Positions 12,992 to 26,263 of a stretch of DNA of 64,000 bases are shown piece after piece (position 1 is the first letter of the stretch; the number at the start of each line of letters is the position of its first letter). A program made the translations under genes and the position numbers. The notes below the pieces were generated by a model. The model saw only the letters and a program-made list of their open reading frames with translations, had not been told where the DNA came from and made no database searches. Source of the DNA: Octopus vulgaris (Eukaryota); contig OX597815.1 in the NCBI GenBank assembly GCA_951406725.2, positions 107,446,001-107,510,000 of the forward strand, read 5' to 3'.

Positions 12992-13351
12992 CATGTACAC
13001 ACACACACAAACTCACATGCACACATAAATATGAATTAACAGCTGTCTCCCTGTCCACAGGAAAAAGATGCAAAACGAAATCATACGTTTTCTTAATGGA
13101 ATGTCATGTTTATTTAGGAGACATTTTGATTCCTTGAGATTATCTCCCATTCTTATTGGGAATCATATGTAATTGCCATCAGGCCTTTGTTCACCTTCTC
13201 TTAAAGTAAAGATTGCCTCCACAAAGCAAGAATTTATCTTGTATGATATTCAGCATGTCTTTCTTTGATTTTGTTACTCAAATTCATACCACTGGCTACT
13301 CTGAGTTGTTTCTTTTAACTGAAACACACACACATGTGTGTGTGCATGTGC

Positions 13352-13353
<2 letters not shown>

Positions 13354-13441
<88 letters not shown>

Positions 13442-13508
13442 GTATATATATATATTCTTATATATATATATACATATACATACATACATACATACATACA
13501 TACATACA

Positions 13509-13539
<31 letters not shown>

Positions 13540-13572
13540 GCATGTATATATGTATGTATATGTATATATATA
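13354..13572. repeat. (TA)n/(TACA)n microsatellite
   Basis: Directly visible. Confidence 0.95.
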
Positions 13573-13743
13573 TTACCATGATATTCAATAAATCAATAGA
13601 ATGTGTGTAAGACTTGGATTGGAAACTGTATATTCTTAGAAGTTACATTTTTATTCTAACAGCTTGAAGCAAAATAGATATATTTCACTATCTATCTATC
13701 TATCTATCTGTCTGTCTGTCTAAATACATACATACCTATACAT

Positions 13744-13782
<39 letters not shown>

Positions 13783-14238
13783 TATTTGCATGTATGTTTA
13801 ATATATGTACAGATACACACACTCATCCACATCTATATATGGAAAAAATACTGAGAAAAGGTTCAAAATGAGTCAAGATATTTCTATATACATGTATATT
13901 TTTTGTTTAATCAAAACAAGTTTAACTTTTTAATATAAGGGGGTAAATAGTTTTATTTTCCGTATTCATATGTATGGAAATAACAATTTAAGAATATGTT
14001 TAAATATAATAAATGCTTTTGTACTATATAGTTTATCTGAAAATATATTAGTGTATGTATTCATAATGCAAGTTTGACATATAACAAAAGTAAAAAGGAT
14101 GGAAAGAGAAAAATGGATCGCATGCTACTTTGAGTCTTTTGCATGGAGAAAAGTTTTAATGTATACATTGTGTGTTGGGGCTAAAAGAGGCTTTGTTGCA
14201 GAAGGACTAACCAAGATCCTGTTTGCACCGATGTTTAA

Positions 14239-14648
14239 CCCTTTCGTTACCAACCCGGCTGAAACTGGCTCTGGCTCTGTGGTAAAATGTCTTGTTTTCA
14301 TAAGTTTGGAATTAAAATCTTCCACCAAACTTTAGTCACAATTTATCTCCCTAACACTAGCTTAATGATAACTAAGTTATTTTACTAAGTTATTTTACTA
14401 AGTTATTTTACTAAGTTATTTTACTAACGGAGTGGTTGGCGTTAGGAAGGGCATCCAGCTGTAGAAACACTGCCAGATCTGACTGGGCCTGATGAAGCCT
14501 TCCAGCTTCACAGACCCCAGTTGAACCGTCCAACCCATGCTAGTATGGAGAACGGACGCTAAATGATGATGATGATGATGATGATTTGTTATATTTAAAG
14601 TAATTGAAAGAAACACAGTGCATCTCAAAATATACGGTAACGAAAGGG
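14239..14648. mobile_element. TTAA-flanked (piggyBac-like) MITE carrying a nested RTE 3' end (14428-14585)
   Basis: TIR ccctttcgttacc / ggtaacgaaaggg with TTAA on both sides; an uninterrupted copy lies at 35613-35832. Confidence 0.9.
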
Positions 14649-14704
14649 TTAACTTATCAAAGTTTTTTTCCATGTGCATAAGCCATGTGTAAATAATACT
14701 CTTC

Positions 14705-16120
14705 ACTCTGGGTTCAATTTTAAAGTCCATTTTCTGTGCTGGCATGGGTTGAATGATTTGACAGGATCTGGTGACCTACAGAGCTGTGTCAAGCTTCAAT
14801 GTTAGCTTCAGCATGGTTTCTATGGTTGGATGTCTTTCCTAATGCCAACCACTTTTACTGTACAGGATTCTTTTTCTGCGATACCAGCACTTAGCAGTGA
14901 AGTTGCTAAGTAACTTGCAAGACAAAAAAGAGAAAGGAAAAAAAAAAAGCCCACTTGACTGAGTGGGAGTGTACTTGAGAGGTGGGGGGAGTGACTTTAT
15001 TCCATGTGTTGAAGGCTAAATTATAGTAGAGGTACAAGCATGGGGTGTCTTGCTATAGGAAAGATACAGGGCTACTCCACATTATCCAAAGGCAGGTGGG
15101 AATAGCTGGAAGGGAGATAAAGATGGTAGTGTTGAGGTTTGAGAGCATAAGGTGAGTATAAGGGAGAGTACTGGCCGGTGATTCTCAAACGCTTTATTCT
15201 GGTGGATCCTCATAGCCATTCGATATTTAAAAGCTAGTTTTATAGATGCATCTTTTAAAATAACTATTTTGTTTTTCACATGTTTATTTGTGTAGGCTTG
15301 CAATAACACTCACTGAGAGAACGTGTTTCAGTGGCTGGAAACATGATAAACTATGTAAAACATGTTAAGCTATGTAAAACATGTCAAACTATGTAAAACA
15401 TTAGAAAAAGAAACCTAGCTGTTTCTTGCAATAAATACATCTGAAGCAAACATTTTTATATGAACCCTGAAAACACAACTGATTTACTATTTTGATTGCA
15501 TGTAACCCAAAGCTTTTATATGGACTTCTAGGATTCATATGGATCGTACTTGAGAATCACTGATATAGACTGTGGATAAGTGGGAGTAGAGTGACAGAAG
15601 GTTAGACAGTGGGTAAGAATGTGGGAGTAGAGTGATGAAAGGTTATAAAGGGGACCACAGGTAAATGTAGTGAGTGATGAACCAGATCAGAGATATAGTT
15701 AATAGTGAATATGAATATGAAGGATGAAGGTAAGAGAGATAGAAGTGGCTCAGAAAGGAGAGGCAACATGCAGCAACACAGAAAGGTGGAGAGCAACAGT
15801 ATCTTAAATCTGTAGATAGGTCAGAAAGTAAGGAGATGATTGCAAGGTGTGAGAGTAGAGGTGGGAGGGGAGAGGGAGATGAACTGTGCCAGAGATTGAG
15901 GTGAGTGATACATTGGGGTAACTGTAGTGAGTGGGGCAAGAAATGTGCTGGGGAGGGGGGCATTGATGTTAATGATAGCAAATAGGAGAGGCATTAAAAA
16001 TGTAACAGCTGACCTAAGATATAGCTCAGAGGGGTGGAAAATATAACTGAAGGTACAGGAAAAGGGGCCGATCAGTGGAAAATTAGCTTGAGAAGGGATG
16101 ATGAGAATGATAATGAGAAT
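14705..16120 (-). mobile_element. Old RTE-like 3'UTR fragment
   Basis: Diverged RTE tail at 14720-14850 followed by the purine-rich tract shared with 420-1620. Confidence 0.5.
15176..15562. mobile_element. hAT-type MITE
   Basis: TIR cggtgattctcaa / ttgagaatcactg; TSD degraded; internal ~19-bp tandem repeats. Confidence 0.65.
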
Positions 16121-16219
16121 GAAGGATATATATATATAAATGCATGTGTATGTATGTGCATGTATATGTATGTATATGTATGTGTGTGTATATATATGTA
16201 TATATGTTATCATAAAATA

Positions 16220-17110
16220 TATATATATATAATACATTAAAAGTCAGTTTGAAGCTTGCTTGCTTACAATGTTACTTAACCAAACTGGCGCATTATGGGA
16301 AAATACTATGAATTAAGTTTACCCTGAAATGTTAATATGAATGGAATGAAACAAGTTTCGCATAAATTGTTAAAGTGGCTTTGAAGATATTAGAGATTTT
16401 GGGAGTATAAATACCTAAAACAGTGCATAATGGGAAAATGTTCCAAAAATAATCTTCATCCTGAAAGGGAAGAAACTCTTATCTTTCTATTAGGCAGTGA
16501 ATTGACAACGAACAGATGATTTTTTTTTTTACAGTGAAGGTTTCTATTTTTGCTTTTGTTAAACACAGTATTTTAATCATTTAGAAATAATCATTTAAGT
16601 GAATGTGATTTCAAAAATTTAAGTTGTTTGGACAGTAAGTATTTATATTTTAGCTTTTTTTAAACACAATATTTTAATGTTTTTTAAAATTATTTTCAAG
16701 TGAATACTATAAAAAATATTTTGGCATGTCTAAAAAATATTCTAAAATAAAAATGACTTCAAAAATACATTTAATATTTCATAAAAGACTTGTTCATAAC
16801 CGCAGTGTGAAATAGTTTTTTTCTGTAGGTTTGTTTTTGAGTCCATTAAATGTACCTCATCTCCAAAGATTTGGCTGCTATTTCTAGCACGCCCTGCTAC
16901 CACATAACAGCTATTTGCGATAAGGGACCCAAAATACCTGTTACGTGGTAGCAGGGCGTGCAAGAAATAGCACCCAAATCTTTTCTTTTGATGTTACATT
17001 TGTTGAAAGCATGTGAAATAACCTGGAAAAGGAAAAAAAAACCCACAAAAAATTCCGTTGCTAGGTAACTCAGAGTTTCCTGGTGACCCAACAAGTTCCA
17101 GGTAGTCTAG
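16220..17110 (+). mobile_element. Probable non-autonomous Helitron
   Basis: Ends in CTAG|T at 17107-17111 after a short cctgg..ccagg hairpin; no TIR or TSD; internal palindrome 16867-16981. The 5' boundary is approximate. Confidence 0.5.
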
Positions 17111-17147
<37 letters not shown>

Positions 17148-17152
<5 letters not shown>

Positions 17153-19640
17153 AAGTGTGCTGTGCATGAGAGGACCCGGCAGGACTAGTCAGACCATATC
17201 CCGTGGCCCCTACCTGGGACGTAGTCGATCCACCTGTGCATACCTTCCTTCTTGTGACACTTGTGAAGACCTGCTGAGGCAAGTGAAAATCAATCAAAAT
17301 AGATGAACATCAATGGAATTTGTATCTTTGTGGTACCAGTGCCTGTGGCACACAAGAAAACCATCCGAACGTGGCCGTAGCCAGTACCGCATCGACTCGC
17401 CTCCGTGCTGTGGGAACATGGTGGCACATAAAAACACCATCCGAAGACCCGGCAAGACTAGTCAGGTCATAACCCGTGGGCCCTACCTGGGACGTAGTCA
17501 GTCCACCTGTACATACCTTCCTTCTTGCGACACTTGTGAAGACCTGTTGAGGCAAGTGAAAATCAAAACAAATCAAAATAGATGAACATCAATGGAATTT
17601 GTATCTTTGTGGTACCAGTGCCGGTGGCACACAAGAATCCATCCGAACGTGGCCGTAGTCAGTACCGCTTGTGGTACCAGTGCCGGTGGCACACAAGAAT
17701 CCATCCGAACGTGGCCGTAGTCAGTACCGCATCACTGGCCATCGTGCTGTGGGCACATAACAAACACCATCCGGTCGTGGCCGTTCGCCAGCCTCATCTA
17801 GCACCTGTGTCGGTGGCACATAAAAAGTAGTCAGTACCGCTTGTGGTACCAGTGCCGGTGGCACACAAGAATCCATCCGAACATGGCCGTAGTCAGTACC
17901 GCATCACTGGCCATCGTGCTGTGGGCACATAACAAACACCATCCGGTCGTGGCCGTTCGCCAGCCTCATCTAGCACCTGTGTCGGTGGCACATAAAAACA
18001 CCATCCGAAGACCCGGCAAGACTAGTCAGGCCATAAACCATGGCCCCTACCTGGGACGTAGTCAGTCCACCTGTGCATACCTTCCTCCTTGTGATACTTG
18101 TGAAGGCCTGTTGAGGCAAGTGAAAATCAAAATCAAAATCAAATCAAAACAAATCAAAATAGATGAACATCAATGGAATTTGTATCTTTGTGGTACCAGT
18201 GCCGGTGGCACACAAGAGAAAACCATCCGAAAGTGGCCGTAGCCTGTACCGCATCGACTGGCCTCCGTGCTGTGGGCACATGACAAACACCATCCGATCG
18301 TGGCCGTTCGCCAGCCTCATCTAGCACCTGTGTCGGTGGCACATAAAAACACCATCCGAAGACCCGGCAAGACTAGTCAGGCCATAACCCATGGCCCCTA
18401 CCTGGGACGTAGTCAGTCCACCTGTGCATACCTTCCTTCTTGTGACACTTGTGAAGAGCTGTTGAGGCAAGTGAAAATCAAAATCAAAACAAATCAAAAT
18501 AGATGAACATCAATGGAATCTGTATCTTTGTGGTACCAGTGCCGGTGGCACACACTTTGTGGTACCAGTGCCGGTGGCACACAAGAGAACCATCCGAAAG
18601 TGGCCGTAGCCAGTTCCGCATCGACCGGCCTCCGTGCTGTGGGCACGTAACAAACACCATCCGATCATGGCCGTTCGCCAGCCTCATCTGGCACCTGTGT
18701 CGGTGGCACATAAAAACACCTTCCGAAGACCCGGCAAGACTAGTCAGTCCACCTGTGCATACCTTCCTTCTTGTGACACTTGTGAAGACCGGTTGAGGCA
18801 AGTGAAAATCAAATCAAATCAAATCAAAATAGACAAAATAGATGAACATCAATGGAATTTGTATCTTGTGGTACCAGTGCCTGTGGCACACAAGAAATCC
18901 ATCAGTGCTGTAGTCAGTGCGGTGGGCACATGACAAACACCATCCGATCGTGGCCGTTCGCCAGCCTCATCTAGCACCTGTGTCGGTGGCACATAAAAAC
19001 ACCATCCGAAGACCCGGCAAGACTAGTCAGGCCATAACCCATGGCCCCTACCTGGGACGTAGTCAGTCCACCTGTGCATACCTTCCTTCTTGTGACACTT
19101 TTGAAGACCTGTTGAGGCAAGTGAAAATCAAAACAAATCAAAATAGATGAACATCAATGGAATTTGTATCTTTGTGGTACCAGTGCCGGTGGCACGTGGC
19201 ACACAAGAAAACCATCCGAACGTGGCCGTAGCCAGTACCGCATCGACTGGCCTCCGTGCTGTGGGCACGTAACAAGCACCATCCGATCGTGGCCGTTTGC
19301 CAGCCTCATCTGGCACCTGTGTCGGTGGCACATAAAAACACCATCTGAGCGTGGCCGTCTGCCAGCCTCGTCTGGCACCTGTGTCGGTGGCACATAAAAA
19401 ACACCATCCGAGCGTGGCCGTTTGCCAGCCTCGTCTGGCACCTGTGTCGGTGGCACATAAAATCACCCACTACACTCTCGGAGTGGTTGGCGTTAGGAAG
19501 GGCATCCAGCTGTAGAAACACTGCCAGATCTGACTGGACTAGTGCAGCTTTCGGGCTCCCCAGACCCCAGTTGAACCGTCCAACCCATGCTAGCATGGAA
19601 AGCGGACGTTAAATGATGATGATGATGATGATGATGATGA
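17148..19640 (+). repeat. Tandem array of RTE 3'UTR units ending in a normal RTE tail
   Basis: Starts at the RT C-terminus (WKCAVHERTRQD*); gacccggca(a/g)gactagtc recurs at 17173, 17446, 18010, 18361, 18728 and 19011; (TGA)n tail at ~19613. Confidence 0.9.
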
Positions 19641-19689
19641 TATATATATATATATATAACAAAATAAGCAACAAGGATATCCGGAGGTA

Positions 19690-19779
19690 ATGCAGTATGA
19701 TCATTTCATGCGACTCCATTTAATTGAACAATGCAAATATTACATCAGTTTTAAAATGTAGAGCAATCTTCAGCTGCAT
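19690..19779 (-). ncRNA. Inverted copy of the hammerhead (stem III altered to at-gatc-at)
   Basis: Reverse complement of 19968-20057 with two CpG-type changes. Confidence 0.65.
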
Positions 19780-19967
19780 AAAAATATAGAATTTAGTTAA
19801 ATTCAAAGGATTCATTTGTATAGTTATTCTATTAACCAAAATCACAAAGAGGATAAGTAGATAGACAAAGAACATGTTTCATCTATCTACTTATCCTCTT
19901 TGTGATTTTGGTTAATAGAATAACTATTCAAATGAATTCTTTGAATTTAACTAAATTCTATATTTTT

Positions 19968-20057
19968 ATGCAGCTGAAGATTGCTCTACATTTTAAAACT
20001 GATGTAATATTTGCATTGTTCAATTAAATGGAGTCGCATGAAACGATCGTACTGCAT
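19968..20057 (+). ncRNA. Type I hammerhead ribozyme
   Basis: atgcag-CTGAAGA-ttgc...gcat-GAAAC-gatc-GTA-ctgcat; 6-bp stem I, palindromic stem III. Confidence 0.85.
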
Positions 20058-20680
20058 TACCTCTGGATATCCTTGTTGCTTATTTTGATTGTAATCACCC
20101 CATTTTGAATTATATGGATAAAACCATACTAAATTCTGGTGCCTTTAACTTAAGTACCATATTCAACTGAATCTAAATTTTACTGAACTTATATATATAT
20201 ATGCCTCTTTCCATGCTGTCATGGGTTGGACTATATATATATATATATATGTGTGTATATATTTATACATGCATACCTATGTGGATGTATGTGTGTATGA
20301 ATGCATGTGCATGTATGTATGTGTGATTGTCTCCTTGCTTTGTATTCACATGATAGTAGTAAACAAACGTTACCATCATGCAAGTCTGGTTATGAGGAAC
20401 ATTACATTACTTGCAAACAGGTGAGGGTTAGTGACAAAATGGGCACCTGGCCGTAGAAAATCCACCTCAATAAATTCCATCCTTCCCATGTGAGTTAATG
20501 AAATTCTAGGCTATCAACCACATATGCTCATGATTATTTCACTTAAAATAATAATCTCCTTATCTTTGTTTGAATACATTTTTTAAAATAATGAAAGATT
20601 TAGTAAAATGACTTTGTCATTATTAAGCTGTTGTTTGGAACATTATTTTACATGAAATTTTAAGGGAAGGTTTTAATTTA

Positions 20681-20896
20681 CGAGGGGGTGCTAAAAAGTT
20701 CCTGGCCTTAAGGGTGTTGTGAAAAGCCTGGTTGGAGATCCATCCTTCTGAGTTCTTTAATAGGGCTTAGAAAAACTGAAGGGCTGCTGCAGTAAGTGTG
20801 TGAATCTGAAAGGGGAATATGTTGAATAGAATCAAAATTAACTGATCCTCCTATATTTTCTTTTACCTAAAGCCAGGAACTTTTAGCACCCCCTTG
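20681..20896. mobile_element. Tc1/mariner MITE nested in an older TTAA-type MITE
   Basis: TA TSD; TIR cgagggggtgctaaaaagttcctggc / gccaggaacttttagcacccccttg. Confidence 0.9.
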
Positions 20897-21057
20897 TAGA
20901 CCACTTTAAAACAGAAAGCTGGTTTCATGATACCGGAGGTGGTTTCAGGAGGGTTGGCATCCATCATAAGGGTTAATACACATTCCACTAGCAGTGAAGT
21001 ACAGATCAGAACATTTCAAGCATTTCACAAACATTTAAGCAAACATGCTTTACAAAT

Positions 21058-21272
21058 ATTGGTTTCAAATTTTAGCACAAGGCCAGCAAGTTCAAGGGAA
21101 AGTGCAAGTCAATTACTTTAACCCTAGTACTCAGCTGGTACTTATTTTATTGACCCTGCAAAGATAAAAGCAAAGTTGACCTCAGTGGAATTTGAACTCA
21201 GAACATAAAGATGGATTAAACTTCACTAAGAATTTTTACAAGCATGCTAACAATTCTGCCAGCTTGTCACCT
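21058..21272 (-). mobile_element. Meta-like SINE
   Basis: Homologous to 7753-7981. Confidence 0.75.
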
Positions 21273-21560
21273 TATGCTTTACATATATTACAAATATGGA
21301 ATGTGTGCTCACTACAAAATATTGGTAGAGAGTGTTTTTAAAACTTAACACTCCTACATTAATCTAGCAAAAACTTCCAGTTTATAAAAAAAAAAGAAAT
21401 TCTGGAGACCAAATAAAGAAATATTACTAACCAGATGCAACTATTATTAATAAAGGAAATATTTCACTCTTATCAAAGAAAATTGTTATATTCATAAATA
21501 TTTTACAATGCGGGGCAAATTCATGCATGCAGGAATGAGTATATACATACATGTGTGAGT

Positions 21561-21600
<40 letters not shown>

Positions 21601-21802
21601 ACACGCACATACACACACACAAACACACACACACAGATGCACATTCTTTGTTCTTAACCTATAAACCATGTAGTTATATCTATGTAGCTTTATCTTCAAT
21701 AAATCAATGAAAATGTGGATAAGACTTGAAATATTACATTGGAAACTGTATATTCTTGGAAGTTTTATTTTCATCCTAACAGCTTAAAGGAAGATAAATG
21801 TG

Positions 21803-22010
<208 letters not shown>

Positions 22011-22158
22011 GGCAGTGGCTGTGTGGTAAGAAGCTTGCTTCTCAATCATGTAGTTCCAGGTTCAATCTCACTGTGTGGCACCTTGGGCAAGTGTTACCTC
22101 AGGCTGACCAAAGCATTTTGTGAGTGGATTTGGTAGACGGAAACTGAAAGAAGCCCAC

Positions 22159-22229
<71 letters not shown>

Positions 22230-22635
22230 TCAGTGGCATGTAAAAGCACCCACTACACTCTTAGAGTGGTTGGCGTTAGGAAGGGGAATCCAGCAGTTGA
22301 GACTCTGCCATATCAGATTGGAGTCTGGTGCAGCCATCTGGTTTGCCAGTCCTCAGTCAAATCATCCAACCCATGCTAGCATGGAAAGTGGACGTTAAAC
22401 GATGATGATGATGATGATGATGATATATATATATGTATGTATGTATTAGTGTGTCTGTGTTTGTCCCACCACCATTTCTTGACAACCAATGTTGGTGTGT
22501 TTACGTTCCCGTAACTTAGCAGTTCGGCAAAAAAATTTCAATAGAATAAGGACTAGGCTTACAAAGAATAAATCCTGGGTTGATTTGTTTGACTAAAGAT
22601 GGTGCTCCAGTATGGCTGCAATCAAATAAAAGAAT
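22011..22635 (+). mobile_element. CORE-like SINE interrupted by (TA)n and an RTE 3' end (22232-22424)
   Basis: SINE head at 22011-22165, SINE tail at 22445-22635, RTE tail between them. Confidence 0.8.
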
Positions 22636-22699
22636 ATATATAGCTTTTATCTTTTACTTGCTTCAGTCATTGGAAGGCAGCCATGCTGGAGCACCCTCT

Positions 22700-23078
22700 T
22701 GAAGAGGGGGCTAGTTAATTACATCAACCCCCAGTGACCAATTGGTACTTATTTCATTGACCCTGAAAAGATGAATAGCAAAGTTGACCTCGATGGAATT
22801 TGAACTCAGAACATAAAGACAGAACAAATGCCATGAAGCCTTTTGTCTGGCATGCAAAATCTGTTGAGCTGGAAGGTGGTGAGCTTATTTGCCAGGCAAA
22901 ATGCGTTGCAGCGTTATGTCTGTCCTTACATTCTGAGTCCAAATTCCACCTAAGTCATCTTTGCTTTTCATCCTTTTGGTGTTGACAAAATAAGTACCAA
23001 GTGAACACTGGGGTCGATATTACTGACTAGCTCCAACCCCTGAAATTGCTGGCCTTGTGCCAAAATTTGAAACCAATA
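22700..23078. mobile_element. Head-to-head pair of Meta-like SINEs
   Basis: Minus copy ~22700-22865 and plus copy ~22875-23078. Confidence 0.7.
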
Positions 23079-23391
23079 TCTGTCAAGTTTTCTATCTATC
23101 CATCATTATCATCATCATAGTTGCTGTCATCATCATCATCATCATCATCATTGTCGTCGTCATCCTTCTCCTCATTATCATCACCTTAATTCCAGTCTTT
23201 TCCATGTGTGCATGGGTCAAACAGAAGGCATTCCTTTTTCAAGCCCTCACCTGCTTGCAAGCAAGGATATATCATTTCATGGCCAGACATATTTCTATGG
23301 AGGATTGGAAATGAATGACAGCAGTAGTACAGTGACATTCATTTAGCACTATCACTCAGAATCACAAACATACACATCCACCCTCACACAT

Positions 23392-23434
<43 letters not shown>

Positions 23435-25587
23435 CATACACACACACACTCACATGCATGCACACATGCACACACACACCCTCACATACACAGACACACA
23501 CATATGCATACACATGCATGTACACGTGTACATGAATACACATATGCATGCATATATGCAAACACACACACTCACACAACAACAACAACAACAGGCTTCG
23601 ACACAGTTCCTTCATACCAATTTCTACTCAAAGGTATCTGTTAAACTGAAGCCATAGTAGAAGATACTTGCCTAAGGAACCACACAATGGCTTTGAACTG
23701 AGAACTATGTCGTTACAAAGTAAACATCTTAACTACACAACTGTACCTGATTTTTTTTCTTGTCTGCTATAGATCATTATTTAATCTCAACTCTTTTTAT
23801 GCTTGTTCTTACTATACCTCACTTCTAAAACCCTCCTTTCTTCTCAGTTCTTTCTCAGAACTAGATACATCTGGAACACACCCACGTGTTTGTTTGTTTA
23901 TTCTCCAACCCCACTCTGCTACTTCCCTTATTTTCCAATCCAGAAAGACTAACTTGAAAAGTCTATGATCACTTACCTTCTTTCTTGGACTAATTGTTTC
24001 AAGGAAAAATTCTCCAGTTGAATAACATTAGTGTTAAACTTCTAGACAATTACAATAGCAAAGATAGATCTATTAACACTTTTAGTCATTTAGAAATTGC
24101 TAGACAGTATTTGCATAAAATCTTGCAACACTTTTAACAGTGTTCTGTAATACTCCTGGGTTTTGGATTATCTTAAATGACAAACTGTTGGTCTGCATGC
24201 TTAAATCATTAAAATTTTTGTAAGATATTTTGTCCTTGATACATCAAGTTTTGGTTTCATAGATTGCAACTAAAAGTATTCAGTGTTTTTTTGAAAATCT
24301 GCAGTAATAAAGCATATATGTACTTATCTAAGTACATATATGCTTTATGTAAGGCAAAGGTCTTTATTTATTCAAACACATGTGATTTGCCTCTGGTGGG
24401 AAACATGTCATCAAAGGGGAGAGAATTTCCTCCCGGACAAATTTGAAGATCACGTATACTTAATTCTTAATTTAAAGCAGGTTTCATAATACTTTTTTTT
24501 TTTTAAATACAAAATAAAATAAAGTCCTTAATTTTCTTTTTCTGTGGCTTTGGTAACCACTTATGTGATTTCAGTCTACCGGACATCATCAGTGGGAGGT
24601 ATCTATTCACTGCATACCAATCAAATCTTGCTACCACATTATATAGACACAAATGTCACAAATAGCCCGCCGGCTTATTAAAAAGAATTATCAATAACAG
24701 AAGCAGTAGTAATAACAAAAGATAATCATTGTATCCAACTTAATAAGGACATCTTGTTAAAACACCACAATACTACATTATTAGCCTTGAGAGATCTTCT
24801 CATATAGGCACTTAGTGAATAAAAACACACACTTAATGTAGATGTCATGTTAGAACATCAAATACTGCATTATCATTCAACTATTCCAATATTACACTTA
24901 CTATTAACTAGTTATAGGCACTTAAATTGTGTTGTGTGTTGTAAATTATTTAGAATGAAAAGTATGGAAGGACAAAGCCTATGAGGGAAATAAATTTGAC
25001 CTTTGTATATTTTCAAGTGACTTTCTAAAAATGTGTATCATTCCTTCTGCTTGTCCCACTCTTTTTTTTTCTCTTCTCTTTTCTCTTTTCTCAAATTTTC
25101 TACTTTTGCTTCACACCCTTTCCATCTCTTTTGCACTCTTTCTCTTAGTCTAGTTCACTTATATTCCATAGAGTTTGCTTCATTCACAATTATGTCTGCA
25201 GACTTTGTTAGACATCATCCAACACATGGCAAGCATGCGCTCACACACACATACACACATATAGACATGCGTGCATGCACACACACATACACATGCACAC
25301 ACACACACACACACACTCACATACACACACACATCCTTGCATATCATACACTCTTCTTCATACTACTACTGGCAATGCACTTATGAATTAAGTGCATAAT
25401 CAGTTAAATGTATTGGTGCAGGCATAGCTGTGTTGTTAAGAAGCTTGCTTTGCAACCATGTAGTTTTGAGTTCGGTTCCACCATGTGGCATCTTGGGAAA
25501 ATGTCTTCTACTATAGCCCTGGGCTGACCCATGCCTTGCAAGCAAATTTGATGCGCAAAAACTATGTGAAAGGGCATCATATATCTA

Positions 25588-25715
<128 letters not shown>

Positions 25716-26226
25716 TACATACATAAATACATACACACACACACACACACATATATATACATATACATATACATATATAAGAGTTAAGGAATGGTGTCGA
25801 TAAGATCTTGGGTTACGTATGTTTCATAATGAGGAGAACCTCATGAATCTTCTATGTGTTAACATGTACCTCCTTGTGACAATGTAAACTTTCATTTAAT
25901 CAAGATATCCTTGGCCTGAAGAGAATTCACCTTACTTGGATATTTACCACTTCCAAGGTTCTGCTTGCTATGAAGAATATATAACCTGGACCTTATCTGC
26001 TCCATTTCTTAACTCTTGCATTCATTTTCACATACCTGGCAACCTTGATTGCCTACCATGAAATATAAAAAGAACTTTTTTCAGTTTATCATACTTTGAA
26101 TCGAAAAAATCCATAAACTTTCCATCTCAATAAACCACTAATGTCCCTGAAAGTTGATTTTTATATTTACTATGGATTGCTTGAAGCTAACTTTCTTCTT
26201 ACACCTTGATCGCCGGATCTTATATT

Positions 26227-26263
<37 letters not shown>

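Larger units (their letters stand above)
19660..20190 (+). mobile_element. Penelope pLTR-like element with ~205-bp 5' inversion in (TA)n
   Basis: Near-perfect inverted arms 19660-19865 / 19882-20087; contains a hammerhead. Confidence 0.7.

Noticed and set aside
13213-13610. Long YIYIYI/CVCV/HTHT ORFs (also ~21.8k, 40.6k, 57.1k and 62k)
   Set aside because: These are translations of stop-free microsatellites.
14480-14520. CTGATGA followed by a hairpin in RTE tails (also ~57520-57545, minus) as a hammerhead
   Set aside because: No GAAA follows the stem, and other copies read ctggtgca.
17148-19640. CRISPR-like repeat/spacer appearance
   Set aside because: The spacers are themselves repeated, the units derive from an RTE 3'UTR, the context is eukaryotic and there are no cas genes.
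24557-24595. Minus-strand cca-CTGATGA-tgtccggtagact-GAAAT-cac-ATA-agtgg hammerhead relic
   Set aside because: Stem I pairs only by overlapping the core (needs a 2-nt deletion). It is a plausible fossil but not supportable as a feature.
25807-25930. Half hammerheads (minus GAAAC-atac-GTA; plus CTGAAGA)
   Set aside because: The minus core reads TAGAAGA without stem I, and the plus motif lacks GAAA.
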